A stretch of DNA of 64,000 nucleotides, from assembly GCF_026571515.1 (NCBI RefSeq), contig NW_026859820.1:124001-188000 (forward strand), in the 5' to 3' direction. Positions 1 to 22,998 of this stretch are shown here, in pieces. Every line of letters starts with the position of its first letter. The stretch's first letter is position 1. The position numbers and the translations under genes were made by a program. The notes beneath the pieces are model-generated. The model was not told where the DNA came from. It saw only the letters and a list, made by a program, of their open reading frames with translations, and made no database searches. Source of the DNA: Ruditapes philippinarum. Taxonomy: Eukaryota.

Positions 1-741
1 ACAGTACTTTAAGTTACAAGTTCACGGTAAAAAGTATCTTATCCACTGATCCTGATTTCTTCACCCGTCAGAAAAAATTTAAAACTCACATTAAAAAAAA
101 ACTGAAATGATTTACATAGATAGCGAGTCGAGAACATGCTATAGCATTTTTGGTCATAATTTGGAAATTCTGTGTCAAATCACTTCTTTTTTAACAAAGG
201 AAATACTGTTTAATAACAAATGTTTTGAATAATAAATAGGACGGATGTTTTCCCACTGAGTTTTAAAATCTAACGCTAGGTTTGAACGCAAAAGTCAAGG
301 GAAAATGATAAAAACAAAACAAACAGACTGATGTGTAAAACATAAGTCAACCAGGCTAACAAATCTATTTATTTAGATAAAAAGAAAGAACTAAAGTATG
401 ATTGACAATAATGAAAGATTTGATATGATTCATTTGCATATTCAGGTTAACACTTTTAAATAGTTTTAAAAACATACAGTTTTCAAAGTGATGTGACTTC
501 ATTCAGTAAGAAAAAATAGCCTTAGTTTCTTTCCTTTTTTTTATTTTTTTTTACCAATACTAATACATATGTAGAAAATTCTACAACAAATCTATTATTC
601 CTACTTTAGAGACAAACGTATTAAGGCGTATTCTTTGACTAATTCTAGAGGAAAATCCACCGTACTTCTTAAATCACCTAAGGAGTTTGACTTTTTCTTG
701 TAAAAGAAATCTGCTATGTTTATTAATTGTATAATTTTCGG

Positions 742-1617
742 TTATAATTTATTTATATAAAAGATGGACTTACTTCTTAGATCATCAATCTCTACCTCAA
801 CTTCTTCTGTTTCTTCAGGAATAGTTTCCATTTTAGGTCCGTGTGATGACGAAAGTCGCAAACCGGCATCAGCGATGTCTGGAGATTCAAACGCATCGTC
901 ACTATCCACGTTCCCATCACTGTCAGTATCCGTCACGTCTTCATCAAGATCTTCGGTGTTATCTTTGTCTTTATGTTTTACATTACCCGTTCTAGGCGAA
1001 TCTTCGGTTGACTTTGTTCTACCGTTTCTTAAATATTTATCCTCTCTTGTAGAATGTAATCCATTAGTTTCATCCAAAATGTTTTCCTCGGAATCATTTA
1101 ATTTATTGTCTTTATCGACTTTCTCGATTTCCTGGTTCGATTTTTCTTTCTCCTCAGAGCCATGAATAAGTTGTTTATTTCCCGACACACGGAGAACATC
1201 TACGTTCCCTTTCAGGTTGTTTTCACCGCTCCTGTACGATCTGGCAATAGCTACGTTCTCTTTAAACTTTTGTACTACTTTCATCATCAACATTCTTGTC
1301 TTAATATCCTTCAATTTCACTCGTATCTCTTCTTGATGTCTCGCATATTCTCTCTTTTTAGATCGCCGTATTTCAGTCTTAAGTTTTTTACGTGATTGGT
1401 ATAATTTCTCTTGTTCTTTATTTAAAGATCCGATCGTGAATAATTGCTCTTTAAACCAGAGGTCTAATTGGCGTCCCATTTGGCCGACGTTGTGTCTTAA
1501 ATTATGTTGCACTAACGGCTCTAGTTCACTTTTCCTCATGAATCGAAGTCGGTATAAATCTTCTGCCTTACCCTTGGTAACTTCGAAGGGAAACTTCATT
1601 TTTTTGTAAACTTTCAT
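742..1617 (-). CDS. Uncharacterized intronless protein, 291 aa; basic predicted coiled-coil N-half and acidic low-complexity C-half
   Basis: Uninterrupted 876-nt ATG-to-stop ORF in AT-rich DNA. K/E/R-rich helical stretch (EQEKLYQSRKKLKTEIRRSKKREYARHQEEIRVKLKDIK) and a D/E-rich tail. No recognisable domain. Confidence 0.7.
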   Translation of the reverse strand: MKVYKKMKFPFEVTKGKAEDLYRLRFMRKSELEPLVQHNLRHNVGQMGRQLDLWFKEQLFTIGSLNKEQEKLYQSRKKLKTEIRRSKKREYARHQEEIRVKLKDIKTRMLMMKVVQKFKENVAIARSYRSGENNLKGNVDVLRVSGNKQLIHGSEEKEKSNQEIEKVDKDNKLNDSEENILDETNGLHSTREDKYLRNGRTKSTEDSPRTGNVKHKDKDNTEDLDEDVTDTDSDGNVDSDDAFESPDIADAGLRLSSSHGPKMETIPEETEEVEVEIDDLRSKSIFYINKL

Positions 1618-2719
1618 TTTTGTAAGATTTTGTTTTGTTCAGTAGTGAAACGATACAATATACGAGTGTTGAAGGAATGTACCGGTGTATTTTAAACTAT
1701 TTTGGCGAAACTGTGCATGTGATAGAAAAAGTTATTCATTTTAAAATAGTTTTCCCCATTTTTAGGTAAAACAATAGCGTATTTAACTTATAAGGCATTA
1801 GCCATTTAAAGCAGAAACGCGGATTACTACTTCGATTTTTTTGTACCGCTCACGAAAAAAATAATGTAATTATAGATAATTATCGTAAAACTGTCCTTTT
1901 TCGCATTTTAAATTAGCCAATAATTTAAACAATATACGATAGGTACACTATCCGAACGGCGAGATAATTCTTTCTAAATTATTTCAAACTTTTGATAAAT
2001 TGTTGTAATTTTCTTACTGTCCCTATCCGAAGTACTTAGCCGTATCCCTTTCTTTATATTGATGAGATAAAAACACCGCGCATTGTTAAATGTTAACCGT
2101 TGAATAGTTACCCAAGGATTTTTGTGAAATTTGGAGGTTTCATAATTTGGTCCGAACAATGCATTCATTCCTATGTAACATTAATATATCTACCCGAAGT
2201 GTCTTGTTTGCTACATAAATAAACCTGAACAGATTTTTCAATGTAGTTTATTTCATTGAACTGTATTATTTACTCGGGTTTATTTGCACACATTGCCAAT
2301 AACAAATGCAATTTATTATTAAAAGAAAGTGATTCAAATGATTTTAATAGACAGTACACAAGTAGTTTACGTATATTGTCATACGGGATTATGTGAATAC
2401 GCAAGAGGAGAGTATACTAAATAGAATTTAAAAAAATTAGTATGCAAGTTTTTAACATCGGTATAAATTTCATTTAAAAAACTAATAATCATGTTTTTCA
2501 CTGTGAATGTTACCATATGTAAGTTTAAAGGGGAATTAAAATACATCTACTGTAAAATACTTGAATATATCATTCCGATTATATAGCACAGCCAGCCGAC
2601 GACGTTCAACCAGTGTTGAGCAAAATGTACCGTTTTAAAAGTAAAAATGCGTAAGACTTGTAATATTAATAATATGTTGTATGTAACGGTTACATCGCTG
2701 TACTTTTGATGTATCAAAG

Positions 2720-4985
2720 TCACTTAAGTAAACACTCTTCTCGTGGAGAAATTAATATCGATAAACATGAACCTCTAGGAGACACCAAAAACGTTAAACA
2801 CTCATCTCTAACAGTCACAAATATCGGTAAACACTCAACTCTAGGAGTCACAAATATCGGTAAACACTCATCTATAGGAGAAATCAAAATCGGTAAACAC
2901 TCATCTATAGGAGAAATCAAAATCGTTAAACACTCATCTCAAGCAGTCACCAATAACGGTAAACACTCATCTCTTGAAGACACCAATATCGGTAAACACT
3001 CATTTCTAGGAGACACCAATATCGGTTAACACTTATCTCTAGAACACACCAATATTGGTAAACACTTATCTCAAGGAGATACCGATATCGGTTAACACAC
3101 ATCTCATGGAGAAATCGATATCGGTATAATCGCATCTCTAGGAGTCACCAATATCGGTAAATACTCATCTCAAGCATAATACAATATCGGTAAACATGCA
3201 TCTCTAGGATACACCAATATCGTTAAACACTTATCTCTAGGATACACCAATATCGCTAAACACTTATCTCTAGGAGATATCGATATAGATAAACACTCAT
3301 CTCATGGATAAATCGATATCGGTAAAATAGCATCTCTATGAGTCACCAATGTCAGTAAACACTCATCTCATGGAAAAATAAATATTGATCAACATGCATC
3401 TCTAGGAGACACCAAAATCGTTAAACACTCATCTCTAAGAGTCAATAATATCGGTAAACACTCAACTCTAAAAGTCGCCAATATCGGTAAACACTCAACT
3501 CAAGGAGAAATCAAAATCGTTTAACATGCATCTCTAGGAGACAAGAATATCGTTAAACACTTATCGCGAGGCGACACCAATATCGGTAAACACTCATCGC
3601 TAGGCGACACCAATATCGGTAAACACTCATCTCTAGGAATCACCAATATCGGCAAACACTAATCTCAATGAGAAAAAAATATCGGTAAAATTTGAGCTCA
3701 AGAAGTCACCAATATCGGTAAACACACATCTCTTGAAGTCACCAATATCGGTAAACACTCATCTCTAGGAGTCACCAATATCGGTTAACACTCATCTCAA
3801 ATAGGAAAACAATATAGGTAAACATGCATCTCTAGGACACACCAATAGTGTTTAAGATTTATCGCCAGGCGACACCAACATCGGTAAACACTTATCTCTA
3901 GGAATCACCAATATCGGTAAACACTCATCTCAAGGAGAAAACAATATTGGTAAACTCTCATATCAAGGAGAAAACAATATTGGTAAATATGCATCTCTAG
4001 AACTAACCAATATCGTTGAACAATTATAGCTAGGCGACACCAATATCGGAAAACAGTCATCTGTAGGAGTCACCAATATCGGCAAACACTCATCTCAATG
4101 AGAAATCATATCGGTAAAATTGCATCCCAAGCAGGTACCAATAACGGTAAACACTCATCTCTTGAATACACCAATATCGGTAAACACTCATCTCTTGGAG
4201 ATACCAATATCGGTTAACACTTATCTCTAGGACACACCAATATCGGTGAACACTTATCTTAAGGAGATGCCGATATCGGTTAACACTCATCTCATGGAGA
4301 AATCGATATCGGTATAATCGCATCTCTAGGAGTCACCAATATCGGTAAATACTCATCTCAAGCATAATACAATATCGGTAAACATGCATCTCTAGGACAC
4401 ACCAATATCGGTAAACACTCATCTCTAGGATACACCAATATCGTTAAACACTTATCTCTAGGAGATATCGATATCGATAAACACTCATCTCACGGATAAA
4501 TCGATATCGGTAAAATTGCATCTCTATGAGTCACCAATGTCGGTAAACACTCATCTCATGGAGAAGTTAATATTGATAAGCATGCATCTCTAGGAGACAC
4601 CAAAATCGTTAAACACTCATCTTTAAGAGTCAATAATATCGGTAAACACTCATCTCTATGAGTCGCCAATATCGATAAACACTCATCTCAAGGAGAAACC
4701 AAACTCGTTAAACATGCATCTCTAGGAGACAACAATATCGTTAAACACTTATAGCTAGGCGACACCAATATCGGTAAACACTCATCGATAGGCGACACCA
4801 ATATCGATAAGCACTCACTTCTAGGAATCACCAATATCGGCAAACACTCATCTCAATGAGAAATAAATATCGGTAAAATTGCATCTCAAGAAGTCAGCAA
4901 TATCGGTAAACACTCCAATCTAGGAGTCAGAATATTGGTAAACACACATCTCTTGAAGTCACCAATATCGGTAAATACCCAATTC
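2720..4985. repeat. 33-bp minisatellite array, block 1 (unit ~ACCAATATCGGTAAACACTCATCTCTAGGAGTC)
   Basis: Tandem AATATCGGTAAACAC...TCTAGG units every 33 bp, with a 1188-bp (36-unit) higher-order repeat (3121 matches 4309). Confidence 0.95.
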
Positions 4986-5415
4986 GGGCCCCGTGTTCAC
5001 AAAGAAAAGATCAGGATCACTTGATCCAGATTTTATTTTTATTGTTTTATGTTACTAAAATTTATCGTCTTTTGCTAGAATTAAATGGTACATATTCAAA
5101 ATGTACAAAAATGCTGATTTACAAAGAAAACAACTTATTCTAGGATAAAATCAACGAATAACAAAACAAATACAAAAATAACCGGATCAAATTAAGGATC
5201 AATTTTAGGATCAAGATCAATATTTGCATCAACTGTAAAATGCCGTGATCTTGCAAAATAGCAATAAATTTATTCTAAAATTTCATAAACATGTTATTCA
5301 AGTCCAGTTTTATCAAGTTAATATTAAATATTTAATCTCTGAACTAAACAATGGAGAATATATGATTTTTTTAAAATTTGATCATGATCTTGGTCCTTAT
5401 CCTTAAATCTTTGTG
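4986..5415. mobile_element. ~430-bp non-autonomous DNA-element insertion splitting the minisatellite (possible PIF/Harbinger-like MITE, right end truncated)
   Basis: Abrupt non-repeat sequence. Left end GGGCCCCGTGTTCACAAAGA; CACAAAGA (4998-5005) is the reverse complement of TCTTTGTG (5408-5415). GATC-rich subterminal motifs at both ends. Confidence 0.55.
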
Positions 5416-6330
5416 CCTGGAAGACACCAACATCGGTAAACACTTATCTCTAGGAGTCACCAATATCGGTAAACACTCATCTCAAGTAGAAAACAATATC
5501 GGTAAACATGCATCTCTAGAACACACCAATATCGGTAAACACTTATCTCTAGGATACACCAATATCGGTAAACACTCATCTCTAGGAGATACCGATATCG
5601 GTAAACACTCATCTCAAGGAGAAAACATGCATCCTTAGGACACACCAATATCGGTAAACACTTATCTCTAGGATACACCAATATCGTTAAACACTCATCA
5701 CTAGGAGACACCAATATCGTTAAACACTCATCACTAGGAGTCACCAATATCGGTAAATATTCATCTCTAGGACAAACCAATATCGGTAAACACTTATCTC
5801 TAGGAGTCACCAATATCGGTAAACACTCATCTCAAGTAGAAAACAATATCGGTAAACATGCATCTCTAGAACACACCAATATCGGTAAACACTTATCTCT
5901 AGGATACACCAATATCGGTAAACACTCATCTCTAGGAGATACCGATATCGGTAAACACTCATCTCAAGGAGAAAACATGCATCCTTAGGACACACCAATA
6001 TCGGTAAACACTTATCTCTAGGATACACCAATATCGTTAAACACTCATCACTAGGAGACACCAATATCGTTAAACACTCATCACTAGGAGTCACCAATAT
6101 CGGTAAATATTCATCTCTAGGACACACCAATATCGGTAAACACTTATCTCTAGGATACACCAATATCGTTAAACACTTATCTCTAGGAGATACCGATATC
6201 AGTAAACACTCATCTCATGGAGAAATCGGTATCTGTAAAATTGCATCTGTAGTAGTCACCAATATCGGTAAACACTTATCTTATGGAGAAAAAAAACGCT
6301 CATCTCTAGTTGTCACCGATATCGATGAAC
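5416..6330. repeat. 33-bp minisatellite array, block 2, containing a near-exact 350-bp tandem duplication
   Basis: Same unit as block 1. ORF-track peptides 5457-5813 and 5807-6163 are nearly identical. Degenerate units continue to ~6505. Confidence 0.95.
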
Positions 6331-6688
6331 AATCATCTCAAGGTGTCAAAAAAAGATAATTGTAAACATTCATTTCTATTGGTAGCCTCTATTGGTAAAA
6401 ACTCTTCTCAGGGAGTCGCCTATATTATTTATCACTTATCTCGGGGAACCACCACTATCTGTTATATCTTATCTCAAGTGGCCATCATTATCGGTAAACA
6501 CTTATTGCTACGAAATAAGACAAAAGATAAATAATTAGTTGTAAACAACTAAATTAAAAATAAAAATCACAAGTTGATAATAAAATAAAACAAAGGTCTT
6601 GCTTACTTATTTTTTTTTTTTCGTGAAACTTGAAATATTTTCACTAGTCGGTGTGATATATTCTATATCAATTAAAGTCAAATAGATA

Positions 6689-6925
6689 TGAGCCGCGTCA
6701 CGACAAAACCAACATAATGGGTTTACGACCAGCATGGATCCAGACCAGCCTGCGCATCCGCGCAGTCCGATCAGGATCCATGCTGTTCGCTATCAGTTTC
6801 TCTACTTGTTATAGGGTTTGTAAGCGAACAGCATGGATCCTGATCAGACTGCGCGGATGCGCAGGCTGGTCTGGATCCATGCTGGTCGCAAACCCATTAT
6901 GTTGGTTTTGTCGTGACACGGCTCA
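6689..6925. mobile_element. Palindromic MITE, copy 1 (~237 bp)
   Basis: TGAGCCGCGTCACGACAAAACCAACATAATGGG...CCCATTATGTTGGTTTTGTCGTGACACGGCTCA; ~100-bp inverted arms with a short spacer, flanked ta/ta. Confidence 0.9.
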
Positions 6926-7119
6926 TATAATTTAAGTAAACATTGTAATGTGACCTGTATGACAGTTAATGTTCAGTCATCAGTATTTTTACTTAATATT
7001 AAGCCATTGTTTTATCAAACTCATCACATGATACAGATGTCCGTATCTATAAACACCTGACGTTCTCACTTAATAAAGCACCTTTTCAATTTGTTCAGTC
7101 CTAGAAACTCTGTGCAAAA

Positions 7120-9736
7120 ATGATGAAACTGTGGACGCTCGCTGCAATAGCGTTCGTGTTTGTAGCTAACGCGCACGCGGATGTTATGTCATGCACGTTT
7201 ACTGACGCTAAAACTGGAAAATCGTACGACTTTTCTTCTCTCGTGAACCCGTGAGTATTGAGCTACATGTACTTATATTTCTTTTTTATCAGAAAAATAC
7301 TAATGAATTGTTTATAAGCTGTGCACTAAGTACTTACAATGTGCAAAGTGTAAATGCGTATACATGTACGCAGCAATTAAAGCGTACTAGGAAATATCAG
7401 AATACTTTGAACAATGTCTTTTGTCAAGAATTCTGAGATAAACGTTGATTGGACATGGAAAATTGCAAAAGAAACGATATAAATGAAGGCATCTCGCAGT
7501 AGAGATCTTGATTTATTTATTTATTTATTCATTCATTCATTCATTCATTCATTCATTCATTCATTCATTCATTCATTCATTCATTCATTTATTTATGAGT
7601 GTCCTGTTTAGTAGAGCGGAAGTAAACTAGTACGTACACATTTCTATTCAGGGCAGGGTTCTATGCATTTAGCAATGTAATATGGAGCGTTAATGGATAC
7701 AGTCTAGATTCCCTCGTGGCTGATACACAGGTGAATGTAACCTTCTACCTGCAGGTATGCCGGAACATTCGAAACCCTCCCACCGGATGTACCGACGTTG
7801 GCGCCATTTACACGGTAAGTTAAAGAAACAGGATAAAATCGAAACAGTTACAGTCGTTTATTAAAATATATCGACATAGATAAAATATAAACAGTCTTTT
7901 ATTTATTCATTTTTATTTTAATTGTGGGTTGAGATCTTGTTTACATGTATTCTTAAACAACGCCACGGATGACCTTTTCTTAACTTTTAGACTCTTTATA
8001 TGTAATATCTTCTCTGTCTGTGATGTATCTTAAACATGACAGCTATATCTTTAACTCTTTAACAGGTCCATTTAAAAATATTGAGAAGATTTTATTTGAT
8101 CAACTTAATAAAAACCTATATCAATTTTGCGTTTTTTCAGGTAACGCCCGATGGAAAATGTCAGTCTTGGGGCGATGTCAATGTAGCAATTTTCGACCCA
8201 AACCCGTATCAGGATGGTATGTTTAGTTTAAAGCTATATTGCTAAAAATACTTGCAACAAATAATGAAACTCAAAGTGCAGGCAAGGCAAGCAACCATGG
8301 TTTTCTTCATTAATGACACGTGTCGAGTTACTTCCCCTGAAACTTCTTAATAATAAGTCCTTTACAAAATTAGACGAAAAAAAAAGAAATCCAAAAGAAC
8401 GCCTTTATTCTAAATTTAAAATATTCCAATGAAACGTATAATATATGTTATCAAATTGGATCCATGCTGGTCGCAAACGCATTATGTTGGTTTTGTCGTG
8501 ACGCGGCTCAATTATAAATAAACGATGTTTGTAAATATTCGTGAAAGCGAGTGGTGGCGCATAATCAAAGCCTGATCAATTAAATTTTATAAATACACAT
8601 GTACATACTAATAAACTTTAACGTATACTTAGAAAGCCGACGAAAGTGACTGCTATTTTGTTCTGGAACTTTTTTAGACTTTGTTTTAAAGATTTAATAT
8701 TGGCTAGTGTTTAAAAGTAAGCATGTACTAAAAATTAATTTGATAAAGCACGGTGTTTGAAAATAATTTAGTCAAACTGTTGATTTAATAAACCGATTAA
8801 TTTAGCCGATTAATAAGTAAGTGTGGTATGATGCATTTGAAATACTGCAAATCTATTGGTAAAAGAATCATATCATACACTTATGTGTGTTATTCTAAGA
8901 ATAACAGAGGCATTATGTTTAAATTCTTTGTGAAAAAATAACGATAAATTTTACGGGAGATAGAATGTTCTGTAAATTAGTCTTTTGTCCGAGGGTGTAA
9001 ATCATATTTACGTAGTTTACACAAACAGTTCAATAAGTTCAATATAATACTTACACCAGCATATTTTCTGTAAATAAGTTGAATGACTGGTGTCCGAGGA
9101 GGTTGAAGGTAATTGACCTAACTCGAAAATCTTGCATACATTTCTGTAAATTACATTTACATATAATATTAACAACGCTTGTTGATAATTGCATTGACGC
9201 ATTCTCTTAGATGACCCCTTATTTAAGTGCTGTTTTATCAAAATCTTATTTTTTAAAGTCCATTTATAATTTAAAAAAGTAACTTATTGACCTATTACTT
9301 GAAACATCTTTTTCTCCTTTTGCTTTTTGGCGTTAAGTACAGGTCAATAATGATTTAGCTGTTTTTATGGAAGTCTAAATACAACTTTGCTATTTTTTTT
9401 TCTTTTATGACCAATAATTTCACATTCAATACTACAGATAATAAGCATCTAACATGCTCTTTAACGTTTATCTGAACGTATAAAAATTCATTATTTGCAC
9501 GTTTATTTATTCGTTTCTGATGCAAAATAATTTCTTTTTCTGTTTTTGTTATAGGTGTGAACTTGAAAATGTACCACGGCACAGCAATTGACCACCTTTC
9601 GTACAACTCCGCCAACTTATATTTCGTTTGTAACGAGGGTATGAAGAATGTGAAGGCAGACATGCCAATGTTTGAGCACGTGAAGGCATCTATTAATCAG
9701 GCCCATTTCAAAATATTTACAAAACTTGCATGCTAG
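7120..9736 (+). CDS. Secreted single MRH (mannose-6-phosphate receptor homology)-like domain protein, 183 aa
   Basis: Exons 7120-7250, 7652-7814, 8141-8216, 9555-9736, all GT-AG with compatible phases (2,0,1); 552 nt. Signal peptide MMKLWTLAAIAFVFVANAHA, then CTFTDAKTGKSYDFSSL, FYLQVCRNI, CQSWG, GVNLKMYHG, ANLYFVC and HFKIFTKLAC*. This matches the YD(L/F)S.L / FY.NVC / F.C / T..AC pattern of MRH repeats. Confidence 0.8.
7511..7595. repeat. (ATTT)n/(ATTC)n microsatellite in intron 1 of the MRH gene
   Basis: Direct reading. Confidence 0.95.
8457..8510. mobile_element. Truncated MITE (single arm end only)
   Basis: TGGATCCATGCTGGTCGCAAACGCATTATGTTGGTTTTGTCGTGACGCGGCTCA matches the end of copy 1. 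Confidence 0.85.
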
Positions 9737-9909
9737 GTGCATCACGCTTTTTACGGGACAATTCTTGAATAAAAATGAAACAAAATGCGTTTTGTAAAAA
9801 ACATGTATATAAACATTAGATAGAAAACGTAAAAATCTCCACGTACAGATTAATTTTTTCAGATAAATAGTTAATTAGTAGAGTGTTTTTATATATTGTA
9901 ACAAAATCA

Positions 9910-10556
9910 GTAGATTGTTTTTATTTGTTTGGGTCGTCAGACCAAACAAATAATGGTAGCGAAATTTCAGACTCTGATGCTGTTAATTGCAAATGCCGAA
10001 AGTAGTCCGCTTTTTTGAAGCGGTTACTTCCCTTTATATGTACACTAACGCCAAAAAATTCAGGGGAGATCACTGCGTAAAGATGGTCAAATGACAGGCG
10101 CATTAAATTTCAAGCAAAATAGTTCCCGAATGGTCGAAGATTTCTTATATTGTTTTATTCTTTATAGATATACATGCTTATAGTAAGCTCCATGATTATT
10201 TACATCTGTGTTAAACAACAGTTAGCGTCGTTACAAACCCTGATTTAGAATGATATGATTTTCATCAGGCCGTTAACTTCGTCTTGGCCGAGGGGTTTGC
10301 GCGCTCGCTTACCAAGCGAGAGGTCTTGAGTTCAAATCCCAGTTAAGACAACTCAATTTTTCAAATTGTTTCAGTCAAATAAACAGTGAATTGAATATCA
10401 TTGTTTCAATTAGTCTTATAGCCAATTTACTACAATTAAAACGCTGGAAAGCATTGGCGGCACTATACAAAAACAAATTGGTTTATAATCTCACAACCTT
10501 CACCTTTCAGACATTCTGAGACCCAAACAAATTCAGCGCCTTCTGTGCTTTGATTT
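9910..10556 (+). mobile_element. Helentron/HINE-like non-autonomous element with an internal tRNA-like segment
   Basis: ATTTGTTTGGGTC (9923) with a nearby inverted copy forming a 5' hairpin; matching 3' GACCCAAACAAAT (10520-10532) followed by hairpin AGCGC-CTTCT-GTGCT. Degenerate Pol III A/B boxes at ~10286-10340. Confidence 0.55.
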
Positions 10557-10715
10557 TATATTGTAACAAAATCAAACTATGAATAAATGATTATTACAAA
10601 AAAAACACTTCGTCCTGTTTTTATTCATATCATTCCGCCATATTTTCTTGCTTTCGTCTTAATTTTGTGAACTTATTTGGACATGTATATATTGACATTC
10701 TATACACATTTTGTA

Positions 10716-10958
10716 TTGATGCGTTGTCCTGGGACCCTCTTTCTGACATCATTTACATAAAATTTTGTTCTCCTTTATTTCACTTTAATATATTTTGTAT
10801 TTAATTTATTTTTGTTAAAACGAAATATTAATTCGTTTAAACGAAAAATAACTCGTTAAGAAACATAAAACAAAATATATACAACTAAAAAAGAGGGGAA
10901 CAAACCTAATATACTAGTAAATTGTGACAGTTAAGGGGCCCCTTAGCAACGCATCAAG
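10716..10958. repeat. Degenerate foldback / old MITE relic
   Basis: TTGATGCGTTG (10716) and CAACGCATCAA (10948-10958) are inverted repeats, with further partial complementarity inward. Confidence 0.4.
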
Positions 10959-11075
10959 ATCATATCTTGGGCCATTCCTTGGTCAAAATATTAAAAACAG
11001 TGTATAAAAATGTATCCTAACATCAACTCAACTACTGGATTTTATTATGCTATTATGTTATTACATGTATATAAA

Positions 11076-11312
11076 TGAGCCGTGTCATGACAAAGCCAAC
11101 ATAATGGGTTTGCGACCAGCATGGATCCAGACCAGCCTGCGCATCCGCGCAGTCTGATCAGGATCCATGCTGTTCGCTTACAAACCCTATATCAAGTAGA
11201 GAAACTGTTAGCGAACAGCATGGATCCTGATCAGACTGCGCGGGTGCGCAGGCTGGTCTGGATCTATGCTGGTCGCAAACCCATTATGTTGGTTTTGTCA
11301 TGACGCGGCTCA
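11076..11312. mobile_element. Palindromic MITE, copy 2
   Basis: Same TGAGCC...GGCTCA family; spacer in the opposite orientation to copy 1; flanked aa/aa. Confidence 0.9.
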
Positions 11313-12784
11313 AATGTAGTTTTGAAATACGACTCATTCCAAACAACTTTATTAACCAAGAACTTGCTGAATTTCTGAAATAGACTTTTCCTGTTTGTCA
11401 ATTATAAATTGTGGGAAAAAAATCAAGATGAAAATTTAAAGTTTGTCAGCCTACAGTATAGAGTCTGGTTAGTTAGCACATATGTGCTGACTGGCCTAGC
11501 TCTATACTGGTTGAAATGGCTATTTACTTTCGGTTTAAGCAGGATTGGGGTTACAGAGTTCTGTTGTTGTTGTTGTTGAACTTAAAATCACGCTGTCATC
11601 GGTTCATTCATAATGCGGAAAAAGAAATGCATGCGATACAATGCAATCATACAACCTCGTGGACAATTATCTATTTTATCTATTAGTATGTGTCCAAGAT
11701 AACAGTTATCACATTGAGAAGATAACAGTGTTCTGTTTACTCATATGAGAGATTATCACATTATCTTATGACATTATAAACATTGGTTACATCAATGGTG
11801 CTGAATTATTCATTTATTTCTTGTTGATCAAAGAACATAAACCGGCATAAAAGTTTTGTTATTTAACTTTCGTGTGTTTTAATAAAATAAGAAGGACAAA
11901 ATGACCGTTCCATGTGTAAAGGTAATCACATTTATTTTAATTTCCCAACCTCTTATGCTGAAAGAATAAAGTGTTATTTGAACTTGAATCACCTTAGTAT
12001 AATTATGTTTACTCACTTTGGAGAATTTGTCTTTTTATTGGTATACATTGTATTTCAAATTACAAATGGCTGATACTTTTCTTTTTATAAGAGATTCAGA
12101 TTTAAAATGGACTGGTCTTCAATGGGCACATTTTCCATAAAAAATTAACTTAAGAAGCTCCTGTTGTGCAAAGAATTTGAAATTTACCGTATTTGACCCT
12201 TCCAGAGGGTCTCACTTGCACAATCTAACTAAAGTTTAGATATACTTACGTTATTTCTTCCATGTAGATCTGATTGCCACATATTAGTTTTGCCCTCTTT
12301 TTGATTCGGATTTCCCGAGAAAGCTATTTTTAGCCATACAATCAAACCGTTCTTTACATATAGGTATGAATATCGCTATCCGTGGAAGTATAACACATTG
12401 TTGATTTGTTTTGTTTTTTTTGTCATAAAAAAGTTGTTTGAATTAATTTGAAATAAATAAATTTGAAAAAATAGACTCATTTTTTAATGGGCGAGATTAA
12501 TTGTTTTGCCAGTTTACCTGCCGGTAAGTTTATCACTTGCAAGACATTATGGAATCATGCCGGTTCAAGAAGGGAAACGTAATCTACTGAATGTTCAGAT
12601 TCTGTGCAAGTTCAGGTCAAATAAAAAACAACAACAAAAAACTGCAAGTGTGCTGACACGAAGTTATTGACGCATGGATAACATGCAATCACAGAGTGTC
12701 ACCAGGACCAACGATTGCCAGGTTGAAAAATCATCTATCCTTTCAAACGTTATATTTTATTTGTTTATGTCTATCCTTTTTCAG

Positions 12785-22998
<10,214 letters not shown>

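Noticed and set aside
764-1395. Plus-strand ORFs overlapping the 291-aa gene (also 36173-36727, 57666-58052, 54182-54403)
   Set aside because: Antisense shadows of real coding sequence, with Ser/Phe/Leu-rich composition mirroring K/E/D codons.
2720-6330. CRISPR-like regular repeats and repeat-peptide ORFs in the 33-bp array
   Set aside because: Units are head-to-tail with no unique spacers, there are no cas genes, and the context is eukaryotic. The ORFs are short by-products of a unit length divisible by 3.
6717-6935. Recurrent short ORFs (MDPDQ..., ...AWILIRLRGCAGWSGSMLVANP) here and at 11121, 25636, 47436, 55111
   Set aside because: They are translations of the palindromic MITE, not genes.
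9355-9663. Minus-strand 102-aa ORF
   Set aside because: Overlaps exon 4 of the MRH-like gene on the opposite strand and has no domain features.
10275-10350. Possible tRNA-Gly(ACC) gene
   Set aside because: The T-stem and acceptor stem do not pair properly and it lies inside a repeat element; treated as a tRNA-derived relic.
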